A stretch of 32,378 nucleotides of DNA from Crocinitomicaceae bacterium (GTDB taxonomy: Bacteria > Bacteroidota > Bacteroidia > Flavobacteriales_D > Crocinitomicaceae): assembly GCA_041582905.1 (NCBI GenBank), contig JBFHGY010000001.1, forward strand, positions 1-32,378, written 5' to 3'. Both the position numbers and the translations under genes were made by a program. The notes below the pieces were generated by a model. It did no database searches, had not been told where the DNA came from, and worked only from the letters and a program-made list of their open reading frames with translations. How positions within the stretch are numbered: position 1 is the first letter of the stretch; every line of letters starts with the position of its first letter. Positions 8,060 through 15,934 of the stretch are shown here, piece by piece.

Positions 8060-9310
8060 ATGATGAGTATGAAAAGTATATATCTTTTGGCGCTTACTTG
8101 TGCATTTGTGCTGTTCGTTCAATTGTATGGGAGTGCTCAAACCTTAGATTCGCTTTATCAGATTTCGGTAAGGAACAATCCTGAACTGAAAGCAATTGAG
8201 CTAGAGTATCTCGCTCTATTGGAACAAGAGAATCAGGTGAGCCAATTGCCCAATCCTCAGTTGGGTGTGGGTGTGCCTGTCATGCGCCCAGAAACACGTT
8301 TAGGTCCTCAGATGATGATGATCAGTGCCACACAGATGTTCCCTTGGTTTGGAACGCTCGATACCAAAAAGGAGGTGGTGATTCAATTATCGAAAGCCAA
8401 GTACGAAGAGCTTTCAGCGATAAAACTGAATCTTTTCTTTCAAATTAAGTCTGCATATTATCAATTGGTGTTTGTCCAGCAGAAAAAAGAACTGTATATC
8501 CAAAGTAAAAAAAACTACAAAGCCCTCGAATCGCTAGCGCTTTCGAGAGTGGAGGCTGGTCAATCGTCTTTGGCTGATGTGTTGAGAGTACAAACGAAAA
8601 TTGATGAATACGATATGCTCATCGAACAACTATCAAACGAAGAGTTGGCGTATACTGTGCAGATCAACACTCTGTTAAACCAACCCATTGAAAATCCAGT
8701 CTCTGTTGTCGATTCTATTGATTATCGCTTTAGTGAATACGATTTGAATGCCTATCAGTTGAAGATTCAGCATCATCATCCGATCATTAAACAACTGGAT
8801 TATCAAATCGCGGCTTCGAATAGTAGACTCGTGGTGAATCAAAAAATGAATCAGCCAACGCTGGGAGTAGGCGTCGACTACAGCTTGGTAAATCCACGAA
8901 CAGATGCTAATCCTCAGGACAATGGAAGAGATATTCTTGTGCCGAAGGTGATGCTTTCCATCCCGATTTATCGTAAGCAATACCGAAGTGTTATCAGTGA
9001 AGAAAAACTGAATCAGGATGCAATGAATTATCGAAAGGAAAGTGCAACTGATGAAATGATTATGCGAATTGTGACATTCAAAAGTGAGTTTGACAACGCT
9101 CATCTGACTCATGAACTAACATTGCAGCAAGAAGAGAAAATAAGAAGTGCGTACGAAATTCTTTTGGCGAGCTACAGTGCAGATGGAAAAAAAATGGAAG
9201 AGCTACTGTCAACACAAAATGAATTGATTCAAATTCAACTAAAGACAAGAATCAGCAGATTGAATATGGGGATGGCGAAAGCAAAAATTGAACGCTTAAC
9301 GCATTTTTAA
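8060..9310 (+). CDS. TolC-family outer membrane efflux protein (CusC-like)
   Basis: 416 aa with a signal peptide and the two-repeat coiled/beta pattern typical of outer membrane factors (NPELKA..., RLGPQ..., LGVGVDYSL). Starts 2 nt after the cusA-like stop. Confidence 0.85.
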   Translation: MMSMKSIYLLALTCAFVLFVQLYGSAQTLDSLYQISVRNNPELKAIELEYLALLEQENQVSQLPNPQLGVGVPVMRPETRLGPQMMMISATQMFPWFGTLDTKKEVVIQLSKAKYEELSAIKLNLFFQIKSAYYQLVFVQQKKELYIQSKKNYKALESLALSRVEAGQSSLADVLRVQTKIDEYDMLIEQLSNEELAYTVQINTLLNQPIENPVSVVDSIDYRFSEYDLNAYQLKIQHHHPIIKQLDYQIAASNSRLVVNQKMNQPTLGVGVDYSLVNPRTDANPQDNGRDILVPKVMLSIPIYRKQYRSVISEEKLNQDAMNYRKESATDEMIMRIVTFKSEFDNAHLTHELTLQQEEKIRSAYEILLASYSADGKKMEELLSTQNELIQIQLKTRISRLNMGMAKAKIERLTHF

Positions 9311-9319
9311 GAAGAAACA

Positions 9320-11089
9320 ATGAAAAAATATATAATATACATCGGTTTACCACTTTTCGGGTTATTGCTCGGCTGGGTAATTTTCGGAGGAGGTACACAG
9401 GGAGAAGATACCTCAATAAAGGCCCACAATCATGTGGAGGAAGATCAAATCTGGACGTGCTCCATGCACCCTCAAATCAGACAACCAGAACCTGGAGATT
9501 GCCCAATTTGTGGAATGGATTTGATTCCACTGGATGAAAATGCGAATCAGAACGAACTTGTTTTCTCCATGTCCGAAGATGCGGTACGATTGGCAAATAT
9601 CCAAACGACGATTGTTGGTAGCGGAGGTAATCATGCTCAGGGAATATCTCTGTCTGGACGAATAGAAGCAGATGAAACGGCTTCTTCTAGTGTCGTGACG
9701 CACATCCCGGGTAGAATTGAAAAACTATACATCGGTTTTACGGGAGAAAACGTACGACGTGGGCAAAGGGTGGCAAAGATGTACTCATCCGATTACATCA
9801 CCGCACAGCGAGAATTATTAGAAGCGTACAAAGTGAAGGATGTCAGTCCGAGTCTGCTCAAAGCGGCAAAAAACAAACTGAGATACTGGAAGATTAGCGA
9901 TGAAGAAATCAATGGCATAATTGAACGTAATCGCGTAAATGAGTACATCGATATTCGCTCAGAGTATTCTGGGGTTGTACACCGTAAGTTAGTGTCGGTG
10001 GGAGATCATTTAGGTCAGGGACAAGCACTATTCGAATTACAGAATTTAGGAAAACTCTGGGCGGTTTTCGATGCCTATGAGTCGCAATTAAACGCAATTG
10101 AATTGGGCGAAACAATCACATTTACAACACCCTCTGTCGCTGGGGAGGAGTTTAGTTCGAAGGTCGACTTCATTGATCCAGTAATCAATCCAAACTCCCG
10201 AACTGCACGTATTCGGATGGAGGTGAACAATGCAAAAGGTCGTTTAAAACCAGAGATGTTCATTCGTGGAAATATTGAAGGTGATCTTTCGGCGCAGGAA
10301 GTATTGACTGTTCCAAAATCAGCGGTTTTATGGACAGGTACAAGGTCGGTTGTGTATGTTAAAGTGCCAGATGTGATGGTACCAACATTTGAATACCGCG
10401 AAATAGAACTTGGGAAATCGACGGGAGAAAATTACGAAATCGTTGAAGGGTTGAAATCAGGAGAGGAAGTAGTAACGAATGGAGCATTCGTGATTGATGC
10501 TTCGGCGCAACTGAATAATCAGTCGAGTATGATGAATAAAAATCTACTCGAATCGTCTCAATCGAAACCTTCGTCAGAACCAGCGGAAAAGTTTGAAGCG
10601 AATGAAGCCTTCCTCCACCAATTAGCGAATGTGACAGAGAAATATATACTGATCAAAGATGCGCTTGTGGCGGACAATTCAAAAAAGGTAAAGATGGCAG
10701 CGAAAGAAATGCTTTCAGCACTGAAAGGAGTGGACATGAAGCTGTTGGACGATCAGGCACATATCTTTTGGATGAAAAAGATCAAGACCTTGAAAGAATC
10801 ACTGAACAAGATGCTGGAATCTGGTAAGATTAATGCACAGCGTATTTCATTTGGTGTACTCTCCCAAAACTACATTCAGGTGATGCAAACATTTGGCTCC
10901 AACTCTCAGGATTTGTACGTACAGGAATGTACAATGGCTTTCGACAACAAAGGAGCGCGGTGGCTGAGTACTGAAAAGAAGATTTTTAATCCATACTATG
11001 GAGCCGATATGCTGAATTGTGGCTCTGTAATTGACTCAATTAGAAAAGAAAATAATGACAAAGCAGATCATAGCGGTCATGCTCATTAA
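9320..11089 (+). CDS. RND periplasmic adaptor (CusB-like) with N-terminal heavy-metal-binding domain and C-terminal DUF3347-like extension
   Basis: WTCSMHPQIRQPEPGDCPICGMDL (paired Cys motifs). Central membrane-fusion-protein core (GRIEADE..., HIPGRIEKLY, FIDPVINPNSRTARIRMEVNN, VVYVK...FEYREIELG). Tail with ...MAFDNKGARWLSTEKKIFNPYYGADMLNCGSV and a terminal HSGHAH. Confidence 0.88.
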   Translation: MKKYIIYIGLPLFGLLLGWVIFGGGTQGEDTSIKAHNHVEEDQIWTCSMHPQIRQPEPGDCPICGMDLIPLDENANQNELVFSMSEDAVRLANIQTTIVGSGGNHAQGISLSGRIEADETASSSVVTHIPGRIEKLYIGFTGENVRRGQRVAKMYSSDYITAQRELLEAYKVKDVSPSLLKAAKNKLRYWKISDEEINGIIERNRVNEYIDIRSEYSGVVHRKLVSVGDHLGQGQALFELQNLGKLWAVFDAYESQLNAIELGETITFTTPSVAGEEFSSKVDFIDPVINPNSRTARIRMEVNNAKGRLKPEMFIRGNIEGDLSAQEVLTVPKSAVLWTGTRSVVYVKVPDVMVPTFEYREIELGKSTGENYEIVEGLKSGEEVVTNGAFVIDASAQLNNQSSMMNKNLLESSQSKPSSEPAEKFEANEAFLHQLANVTEKYILIKDALVADNSKKVKMAAKEMLSALKGVDMKLLDDQAHIFWMKKIKTLKESLNKMLESGKINAQRISFGVLSQNYIQVMQTFGSNSQDLYVQECTMAFDNKGARWLSTEKKIFNPYYGADMLNCGSVIDSIRKENNDKADHSGHAH

Positions 11090-11111
11090 CATCAAAATAA
11101 ATCAGAATAAT

Positions 11112-11456
11112 ATGAAAAGAACAATGTTAACGCTTGCAATTGCAGCATTTTTGGTGTCTTGTGGCGGACAAGGTCCAAAAGAAGGAGAAGTAAAAGAAAC
11201 ATTTACGGTTTATGGAAACTGTGGGATGTGTAAAAAAACAATTGAAGGTTCGCTCAATGGAGTAGATGGTGTATCATCTGCTGAATGGAACATGGACAAT
11301 GATAAGATGACAGTCATTTTTGATGAAAGCACAATTTCGTTGGACGATGTAAAACAAAAGATTGCCAGCGTCGGTTATGACATGGATGATGTTCGTGCTG
11401 ATGACGAGGTCTACAATAAATTACATTCATGCTGTCAATATGATAGACCGGAATAG
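11112..11456 (+). CDS. Heavy-metal-associated (HMA) domain lipoprotein
   Basis: Lipobox LVSCGG. HMA-type metal motif YGNCGMCKKTIEG. C-terminal HSCCQYDRPE. The track ORF starts at 11031 inside the upstream gene. In-frame ATG 11112 gives a clean lipoprotein signal peptide. Confidence 0.85.
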   Translation: MKRTMLTLAIAAFLVSCGGQGPKEGEVKETFTVYGNCGMCKKTIEGSLNGVDGVSSAEWNMDNDKMTVIFDESTISLDDVKQKIASVGYDMDDVRADDEVYNKLHSCCQYDRPE

Positions 11457-11548
11457 TTACAGCGGCTTTATTCAAATCGGTAGTCACTCGATTCAAGAAG
11501 TAGCTTTCTCATTGAAATTAGATCATTTGAGGTAGGGTTCGATAACTG

Positions 11549-11656
11549 CTCCTTCCTCTCCGCAACTAAAAGCCAAACAGTCAGAAGACAGTACTCCACC
11601 ACAAGTGGATTGGCTTTTGGTTGCATCGATATCCATTAGGATCCACGAATTCCTTC
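11549..11656 (+). repeat. Unclassified intergenic repeat, right-hand copy, containing a terminator-like hairpin
   Basis: CTCCTTCCTCTCCGCAA matches 1-20 (GAATCCCTTCCTCTCTGCAA). Stem AAAAGCCAA (11568-11576) pairs with TTGGCTTTT (11610-11618) and encloses CCAC-CACAA-GTGG. 11587-11656 aligns with 193-273. It lies between convergent genes and abuts the stop codon at 11657. Confidence 0.65.
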
Positions 11657-12562
11657 TTAATCTCCTCCTAAATTCGCTTCCAACCCGATTCTAGCATACG
11701 CGCGAACTCTTGGATCTGTGTTTTTCTTAAGCGCTTCTTTCCAAACATCTTCCGAAGAGGTAATCTTGTGTAATGTATCTAAGCTTTCTTGTCGGATCAG
11801 TCCGTCTTCGTGGTTGTTTGAAAGCTGCTCCAATAGGTCCACCGTACGATCATTGTGAATGAATTGAGCCAAATTGAGAATGCTGAATTTGCCAATATTA
11901 TTTCCTCCTTCGTAGATCAAACTTTTGATTTTTTTTGCTTCCGTGTCAAATGCATACTGACGCTCGCGTTTGTCATCGCTTCTCAGAATAATATTGATGG
12001 CCAATGCGTCTTCTTCCTCTGGAGGAAATTGACAATGTATGTCTTTTGAGGGACGAAAGTAGAGCGCTTTTTTTTCTGACAAATACGTGCTTTCAAGAAA
12101 ACGCAGGTCGACCGGTTCCCCGGCATAACCGATTACCTGATCATAATCGTACTCCCATAAATCTGTTTTGTACCCTTGCCCTTTGTATCCTGCTGTGAGT
12201 AATGAAAAGTTATGATCATGAGCGAATCCATACGAAAAGAGCTTGTTTTGGGCATCTCTAATGCTTTTGTTCGAAGATAAAATGGGCCAATACGTCAAAC
12301 GAACAAAATATTCAGGTGTCTCATGAAGAATATAACTCTGTTCCGAATACTGATTGTGCAATTGAAACTTGTTCACATCTCCCATGAGGTTCGTATTCAA
12401 AAAATCTAGAAAAAACTGTTTATTATTCGCGAGTTTCAGCAGAACATCCGAACAGGACAACAAGGAAGCCTCATCCTTCTTTTTGATTTTGTTTGTGACG
12501 GTATTTATGAAATCGTCAAAAGATATTTCTTCATCGGATTGTATTGAAAATGATAATGCCAT
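11657..12562 (-). CDS. Hypothetical protein: cupin-like domain with candidate 3-His site plus C-terminal HEAT-like repeats
   Basis: 301 aa. LTYWP...FSYGFAHDHNFSLLTAGYKGQGY resembles cupin motif 1 of CDO/COG5553-type metalloenzymes, with a later DIHCQ His. The C-terminus ...NTDPRVRAYARIGL is HEAT/PBS-lyase-like. Paralogous to the upstream gene, 8-nt spacer. Confidence 0.75.
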   Translation of the reverse strand: MALSFSIQSDEEISFDDFINTVTNKIKKKDEASLLSCSDVLLKLANNKQFFLDFLNTNLMGDVNKFQLHNQYSEQSYILHETPEYFVRLTYWPILSSNKSIRDAQNKLFSYGFAHDHNFSLLTAGYKGQGYKTDLWEYDYDQVIGYAGEPVDLRFLESTYLSEKKALYFRPSKDIHCQFPPEEEDALAINIILRSDDKRERQYAFDTEAKKIKSLIYEGGNNIGKFSILNLAQFIHNDRTVDLLEQLSNNHEDGLIRQESLDTLHKITSSEDVWKEALKKNTDPRVRAYARIGLEANLGGD

Positions 12563-12570
12563 AGCTGATT

Positions 12571-13434
12571 TTATTGATTGAGAATAGATAAAGATTGAAG
12601 AGCAGCTCTCTTCACTTCTTCATGTGTTTCATTTATTGCCATGTCTTTCAAAATAGCAAGTCCGTTATCGTAGTCTAGATTGATCATAGATCGAGCATTC
12701 TCCCATCGCACGGTATGTATAGCGCTAGTTACAAACCTATTCAAAACATCTACAGAAGAGTCATTTCCTATCTGACCTAATATTTTTAAAGAAGTTTCAA
12801 GACGTGCAATATTGGTGTCAGCGAGTACAATTCTATTCGGTTTGAGCGTAGTGGCGTCGTACTCCCATGAATACGCCAAGGGGTTTGCTTTGAGCTTAAG
12901 TACGAGAGAAACAAGAGGTTTGTATTTGTCGATGTGTAGAATATCCTTGAATTTTTCAATGTAAATGGCTTTGCCTGGAGCTTGCTTTTCATCAATATGA
13001 GATTCGAGGTAAAATGATTCTTTGAGAAGGGTTGGGTCATTCGTTTTTCGTTGCTGGAATATTTTGTAATTCGAATTGACGTCGATAATAGGACAGAAAA
13101 CAATGTCTTGTACATGCGAATACATAACAGATCCAATGAATTCTTTCGGTTTTCCAAAACTGCAGTGGATGTCCAATTCGAAATCAGCTTCATCCAGTAA
13201 AACAAGATTATTATAGTTTCCTTTCAGTGTGAAAGAAGCATCCTGTTGCAAGAGTCTTTCAATACTCTGATTGATGATTTCTTCCAAGGGACAGTTTTCA
13301 TAAAGCCGTTCAATCTGGCGTATGCAGTTTTCCCTGCTGGTGTTCTCGAGCAATGATTTTCTGAAGTTAGCGATGGATGGGAAAGTTGCTGCATAATCGA
13401 AATAGGTTCTTTCCGTGGTTGGTTGTTCATTCAT
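12571..13434 (-). CDS. Hypothetical protein: degenerate paralog of the cupin-like/HEAT-like protein
   Basis: 287 aa, collinear by eye with the 301-aa protein, but HDH is replaced by YSHVQD. C-terminal HEAT-like TSAIHTVRWENARSM...THEEVKRAALQSL. Confidence 0.75.
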   Translation of the reverse strand: MNEQPTTERTYFDYAATFPSIANFRKSLLENTSRENCIRQIERLYENCPLEEIINQSIERLLQQDASFTLKGNYNNLVLLDEADFELDIHCSFGKPKEFIGSVMYSHVQDIVFCPIIDVNSNYKIFQQRKTNDPTLLKESFYLESHIDEKQAPGKAIYIEKFKDILHIDKYKPLVSLVLKLKANPLAYSWEYDATTLKPNRIVLADTNIARLETSLKILGQIGNDSSVDVLNRFVTSAIHTVRWENARSMINLDYDNGLAILKDMAINETHEEVKRAALQSLSILNQ

Positions 13435-13489
13435 TAGGTTGAAGTTGATGACGAAATGTAAATGAGAAGTGAAATCTGAGTGTAAGAAA

Positions 13490-13521
13490 CTGCCTCACCA
13501 TTGTTTTTTGAGGCGAGGCAG
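13490..13521 (-). terminator. Hairpin between the small ORF and the cupin/HEAT genes (attenuator or terminator-like)
   Basis: CTGCCTC (13490-13496) pairs with GAGGCAG (13515-13521). An alternative register pairs GCCTCA with TGAGGC. On the minus strand the stem is followed by TTTCTT. Confidence 0.35.
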
Positions 13522-13530
13522 ATCTGTTGA

Positions 13531-13647
13531 TTAATGCCAGATATACCAAATGGCAAATACGCATGGTAAGGCTCCAGTGAACGACTCTTTTTTAAAGTTA
13601 GAGTTGATTGGATTGTCTAGCTCTGGTAATACAATTCTCTTTTTCAT
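13531..13647 (-). CDS. Candidate 38-aa peptide ORF (MKKRIVLPELDNPINSNFKKESFTGALPCVFAIWYIWH)
   Basis: I translated this by hand from the reverse complement. It is below the ORF-track size cutoff. ATG start with an in-frame TGA three codons upstream. Same strand as, and directly upstream of, the cupin/HEAT pair. Charged N-terminal half, aromatic/hydrophobic C-terminus with a single Cys. An ORF this short in AT-rich DNA could be chance. Confidence 0.25.
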   Translation of the reverse strand: MKKRIVLPELDNPINSNFKKESFTGALPCVFAIWYIWH

Positions 13648-13941
13648 GATTACTCATTTAAATTTATGTTGGTTAGGATATACCAAGCGTACCCACAAAC
13701 GCTACAATGTTGGCTTTATCATTCTAATTTATTTCGAAGGACAAGAAGTCGCATGAATGAAAGCGACTCTACCAAGCTTTGAGGATGGAAGTAACGAAAT
13801 GATCGGGAGTAAAATCATCCCCCAAGGAGGGGAGGAGGGGCTGGTTTGGATAAAAAGTCAAAAAAAATTGTTTCGTTATAACTTGAAAAACAACCACTTG
13901 ACCATCTTCTGAATAAAAAAATCACGAAATCGTAAAAAATG

Positions 13942-13974
13942 AGACAACCTTTTGTTTTAAAATCTGCGTAGGTG
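13942..13974 (+). promoter_or_regulatory. Putative ECF-sigma-type promoter, copy A (AGACAACC-N17-CGTAGGTG)
   Basis: Same two 8-mers at the same 17-nt spacing as 15196-15228, with 10/17 spacer positions also identical (AAAATCT shared). AAC...CGT architecture is typical of ECF promoters. Lies about 49 nt upstream of ATG 14023. Confidence 0.45.
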
Positions 13975-14022
13975 AGATGTAATTGCTCTTGTGGCAATAC
14001 GCTAAACTAAAACACGCTAACT

Positions 14023-15000
14023 ATGAAAACAAAATTACTAACGCTCGGCTTATTGGGGGGGCTTCTCCTTGCAGGATGTCAAAAAGAAGACATTGCTCCT
14101 GCTGAAAACACCATTACACCATTAGTACAAAACACGCTTTCCAACTCTTCCACTACAGGATGTGAGGAAGTATTTACATTATTCGCTGGACAGCACATTG
14201 AAGCAGGAACAATTACTGTTTCGAATGACGACACGAATATTTATGTGACGTACGAAACAACTGGAGGATGGGTGTTGAATGAAACACATTTGTACGTAGG
14301 AGATCCTGCAGGTATTCCAACAAACGGTGCTGGAAACCCAACAATTGGATTATTCCCTTACAACGACACGCACAATGGAGTGACATCATATACTGTAACT
14401 GTTCCGATTGATCCTTCTTTGGAATGTTACGCAGTTGCTGCACATGCTTCTGTAAGCTTGATCCAAAATGGAGTACCTGTTCAACAAGAAACAGCTTGGG
14501 GGAACGGAAATCCAATTAATAACGGTGGAAGCTGGGCAACGTACTCAGATTACTGCTTGCAAGATTGTTGTGAGTACGAAACAATATCATACGATTACTT
14601 CGCAGGACAAACAATCCCTGTAGGGTCGTTGGATGTAACAAATGACGATCAAAACTTATACATCACATTTAACTTCGAAGGTGGAGATTGGTACACACAA
14701 CAAACACACTTGTATGTTGGGCCAGCCTCTGATATCCCTACAAATGGCGCAAATACTCCCGTGCCTGGTCAATTCCCATACGCAGTAACACACGATCCTG
14801 CCGTACAAACGTATACGTATACTATTCCATTAAATGATTTGGATCCTTGCTACGTGATCGCTGCACACTCTGAAATGATTCAAGTGGATGGGAATGGAAA
14901 CGTTGTGTCTGAAGAAACAGGATGGAGTTATGGAATAGAATTTCCGAATACACCACGTTGGGGATGGTACAGTGAGTACTGCACGCAAGTATGTAACTAA
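14023..15000 (+). CDS. Lipoprotein made of two tandem homologous ~140-aa Cys-bracketed domains
   Basis: Lipobox LLLAGC. FAGQHIEAGTITVSNDDTNIYVTYETTGGW..THLYVGD..IPTNGAGNP..ECYAVAAHA is repeated as FAGQTIPVGSLDVTNDDQNLYITFNFEGGDW..THLYVGP..IPTNGANTP..PCYVIAAHS. Confidence 0.85.
   Translation: MKTKLLTLGLLGGLLLAGCQKEDIAPAENTITPLVQNTLSNSSTTGCEEVFTLFAGQHIEAGTITVSNDDTNIYVTYETTGGWVLNETHLYVGDPAGIPTNGAGNPTIGLFPYNDTHNGVTSYTVTVPIDPSLECYAVAAHASVSLIQNGVPVQQETAWGNGNPINNGGSWATYSDYCLQDCCEYETISYDYFAGQTIPVGSLDVTNDDQNLYITFNFEGGDWYTQQTHLYVGPASDIPTNGANTPVPGQFPYAVTHDPAVQTYTYTIPLNDLDPCYVIAAHSEMIQVDGNGNVVSEETGWSYGIEFPNTPRWGWYSEYCTQVCN
14161..14997 (+). repeat. Internal tandem domain duplication (14161-14568 and 14569-14997)
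   Basis: Protein-level repeat, aa 47-182 vs 183-325, with conserved Cys positions (see the CDS evidence). Confidence 0.7.
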
Positions 15001-15060
15001 GACAAAATATTAAACGCGTAGTCTAAAAAAGCCTTTATAATTTAAACCTCTACTACCTAA

Positions 15061-15097
15061 CTCCCAGCAAGATTATTCTTGCTGGGAGTTTTTATTT
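15061..15097 (+). terminator. Rho-independent terminator
   Basis: Perfect 12-bp stem CTCCCAGCAAGA/TCTTGCTGGGAG, loop TTAT, followed by TTTTTATTT. Lies 61 nt after the 15000 stop. Confidence 0.85.
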
Positions 15098-15195
15098 ATG
15101 TTGGCTGTGCATGTGGCAATTGGTGAGGGAATCACCGCAACAACACTTCATTTTTGAATGGGAATATTTTATCACATTACATTTTTTAACTTGCT

Positions 15196-15228
15196 AGACA
15201 ACCCTTTAACCCAAAATCTACGTAGGTG
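15196..15228 (+). promoter_or_regulatory. Putative ECF-sigma-type promoter, copy B (AGACAACC-N17-CGTAGGTG)
   Basis: Matches 13942-13974. Lies about 19 nt upstream of ATG 15247, the first gene of the lipoprotein/ECF sigma/membrane protein operon. That placement fits autoregulation. Confidence 0.5.
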
Positions 15229-15246
15229 TAGTATAAAGTGGATACT

Positions 15247-15927
15247 ATGAAAACAACAAGAGGACTTTTTGCCCTTCTTTTTAGCGCTTTGCTCTTAGGA
15301 GCCTGCAATAGTAAGCAATGGAAAGAAACGGTAGAAACAACTATACAATTGAAGTCGAGTAGTTCCCATATCCAGTTTGGAACTCAGCACAGTTTATCCA
15401 TTGATACGCTGACTTTAAGTGTGAACAGTTTTTCTCTGGCAGGAAATCGCATTCAAGCAGAAGATATTTTCCTTGTGAGTGATGCTCAATATACAGCGAG
15501 TCAAACTGGAGGAACAGGAACATTTAATGCAACATTCAACATTCCTCAAGGTACATACGAGTCCTTGCAGTTAACAACGGAGCTTGTCGGACAAAATTCA
15601 TTTTTGTTAAGAGGTGTTTATGTAGGGCCCTTGGGTGTTCCAAAAAGAGTGGAATTGAACGTAGAAAGTGCTGACTTCCTGATCACATCTATATTAGAAA
15701 ACGGAAAAGAAACAGTATCAATCGATAAAAATACTCCCAAAATAATTTCGATTAGTATTGATATGAATAGCCTAATGGCAGATGTTGGACCTGGATTGTG
15801 GAATGCTGCTGTCGCAACAGGTTCAGGAGGACAAGAAACCATCAAAATTTCGCAAATGCAGAATGGAAATATGTACAATGCGATTCTCGGCAATTTTAAT
15901 GAATCATTCAACTGTAAAGTAGAGTAG
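15247..15927 (+). CDS. Hypothetical lipoprotein, first gene of the ECF sigma operon
   Basis: MKTTRGLFALLFSALLLGACNSK is a lipoprotein signal. The track start GTG 15238 is 3 codons upstream. The stop lies 7 nt before the sigma gene. Confidence 0.8.
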   Translation: MKTTRGLFALLFSALLLGACNSKQWKETVETTIQLKSSSSHIQFGTQHSLSIDTLTLSVNSFSLAGNRIQAEDIFLVSDAQYTASQTGGTGTFNATFNIPQGTYESLQLTTELVGQNSFLLRGVYVGPLGVPKRVELNVESADFLITSILENGKETVSIDKNTPKIISISIDMNSLMADVGPGLWNAAVATGSGGQETIKISQMQNGNMYNAILGNFNESFNCKVE

Positions 15928-15934
15928 TGACACG

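Noticed and set aside
11031-11111. N-terminal extension of the HMA lipoprotein ORF
   Set aside because: It overlaps the 3' end of the cusB-like gene and encodes no signal peptide. ATG 11112 yields a canonical lipoprotein signal.
1-11656. Calling the copper module a mobile element
   Set aside because: Flanking direct repeats are present, but no integrase, transposase, relaxase or tRNA target lies in the window. Mobility is therefore only a hypothesis, not a feature call.
13550-13997. ORFs 13550..13756 (+) and 13815..13997 (-) in the 590-nt intergenic region
   Set aside because: The translations look like random AT-rich sequence. The second overlaps the putative ECF promoter. There is no signal peptide or motif. 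Only the shorter minus-strand 38-aa ORF has contextual support, and that support is itself weak.
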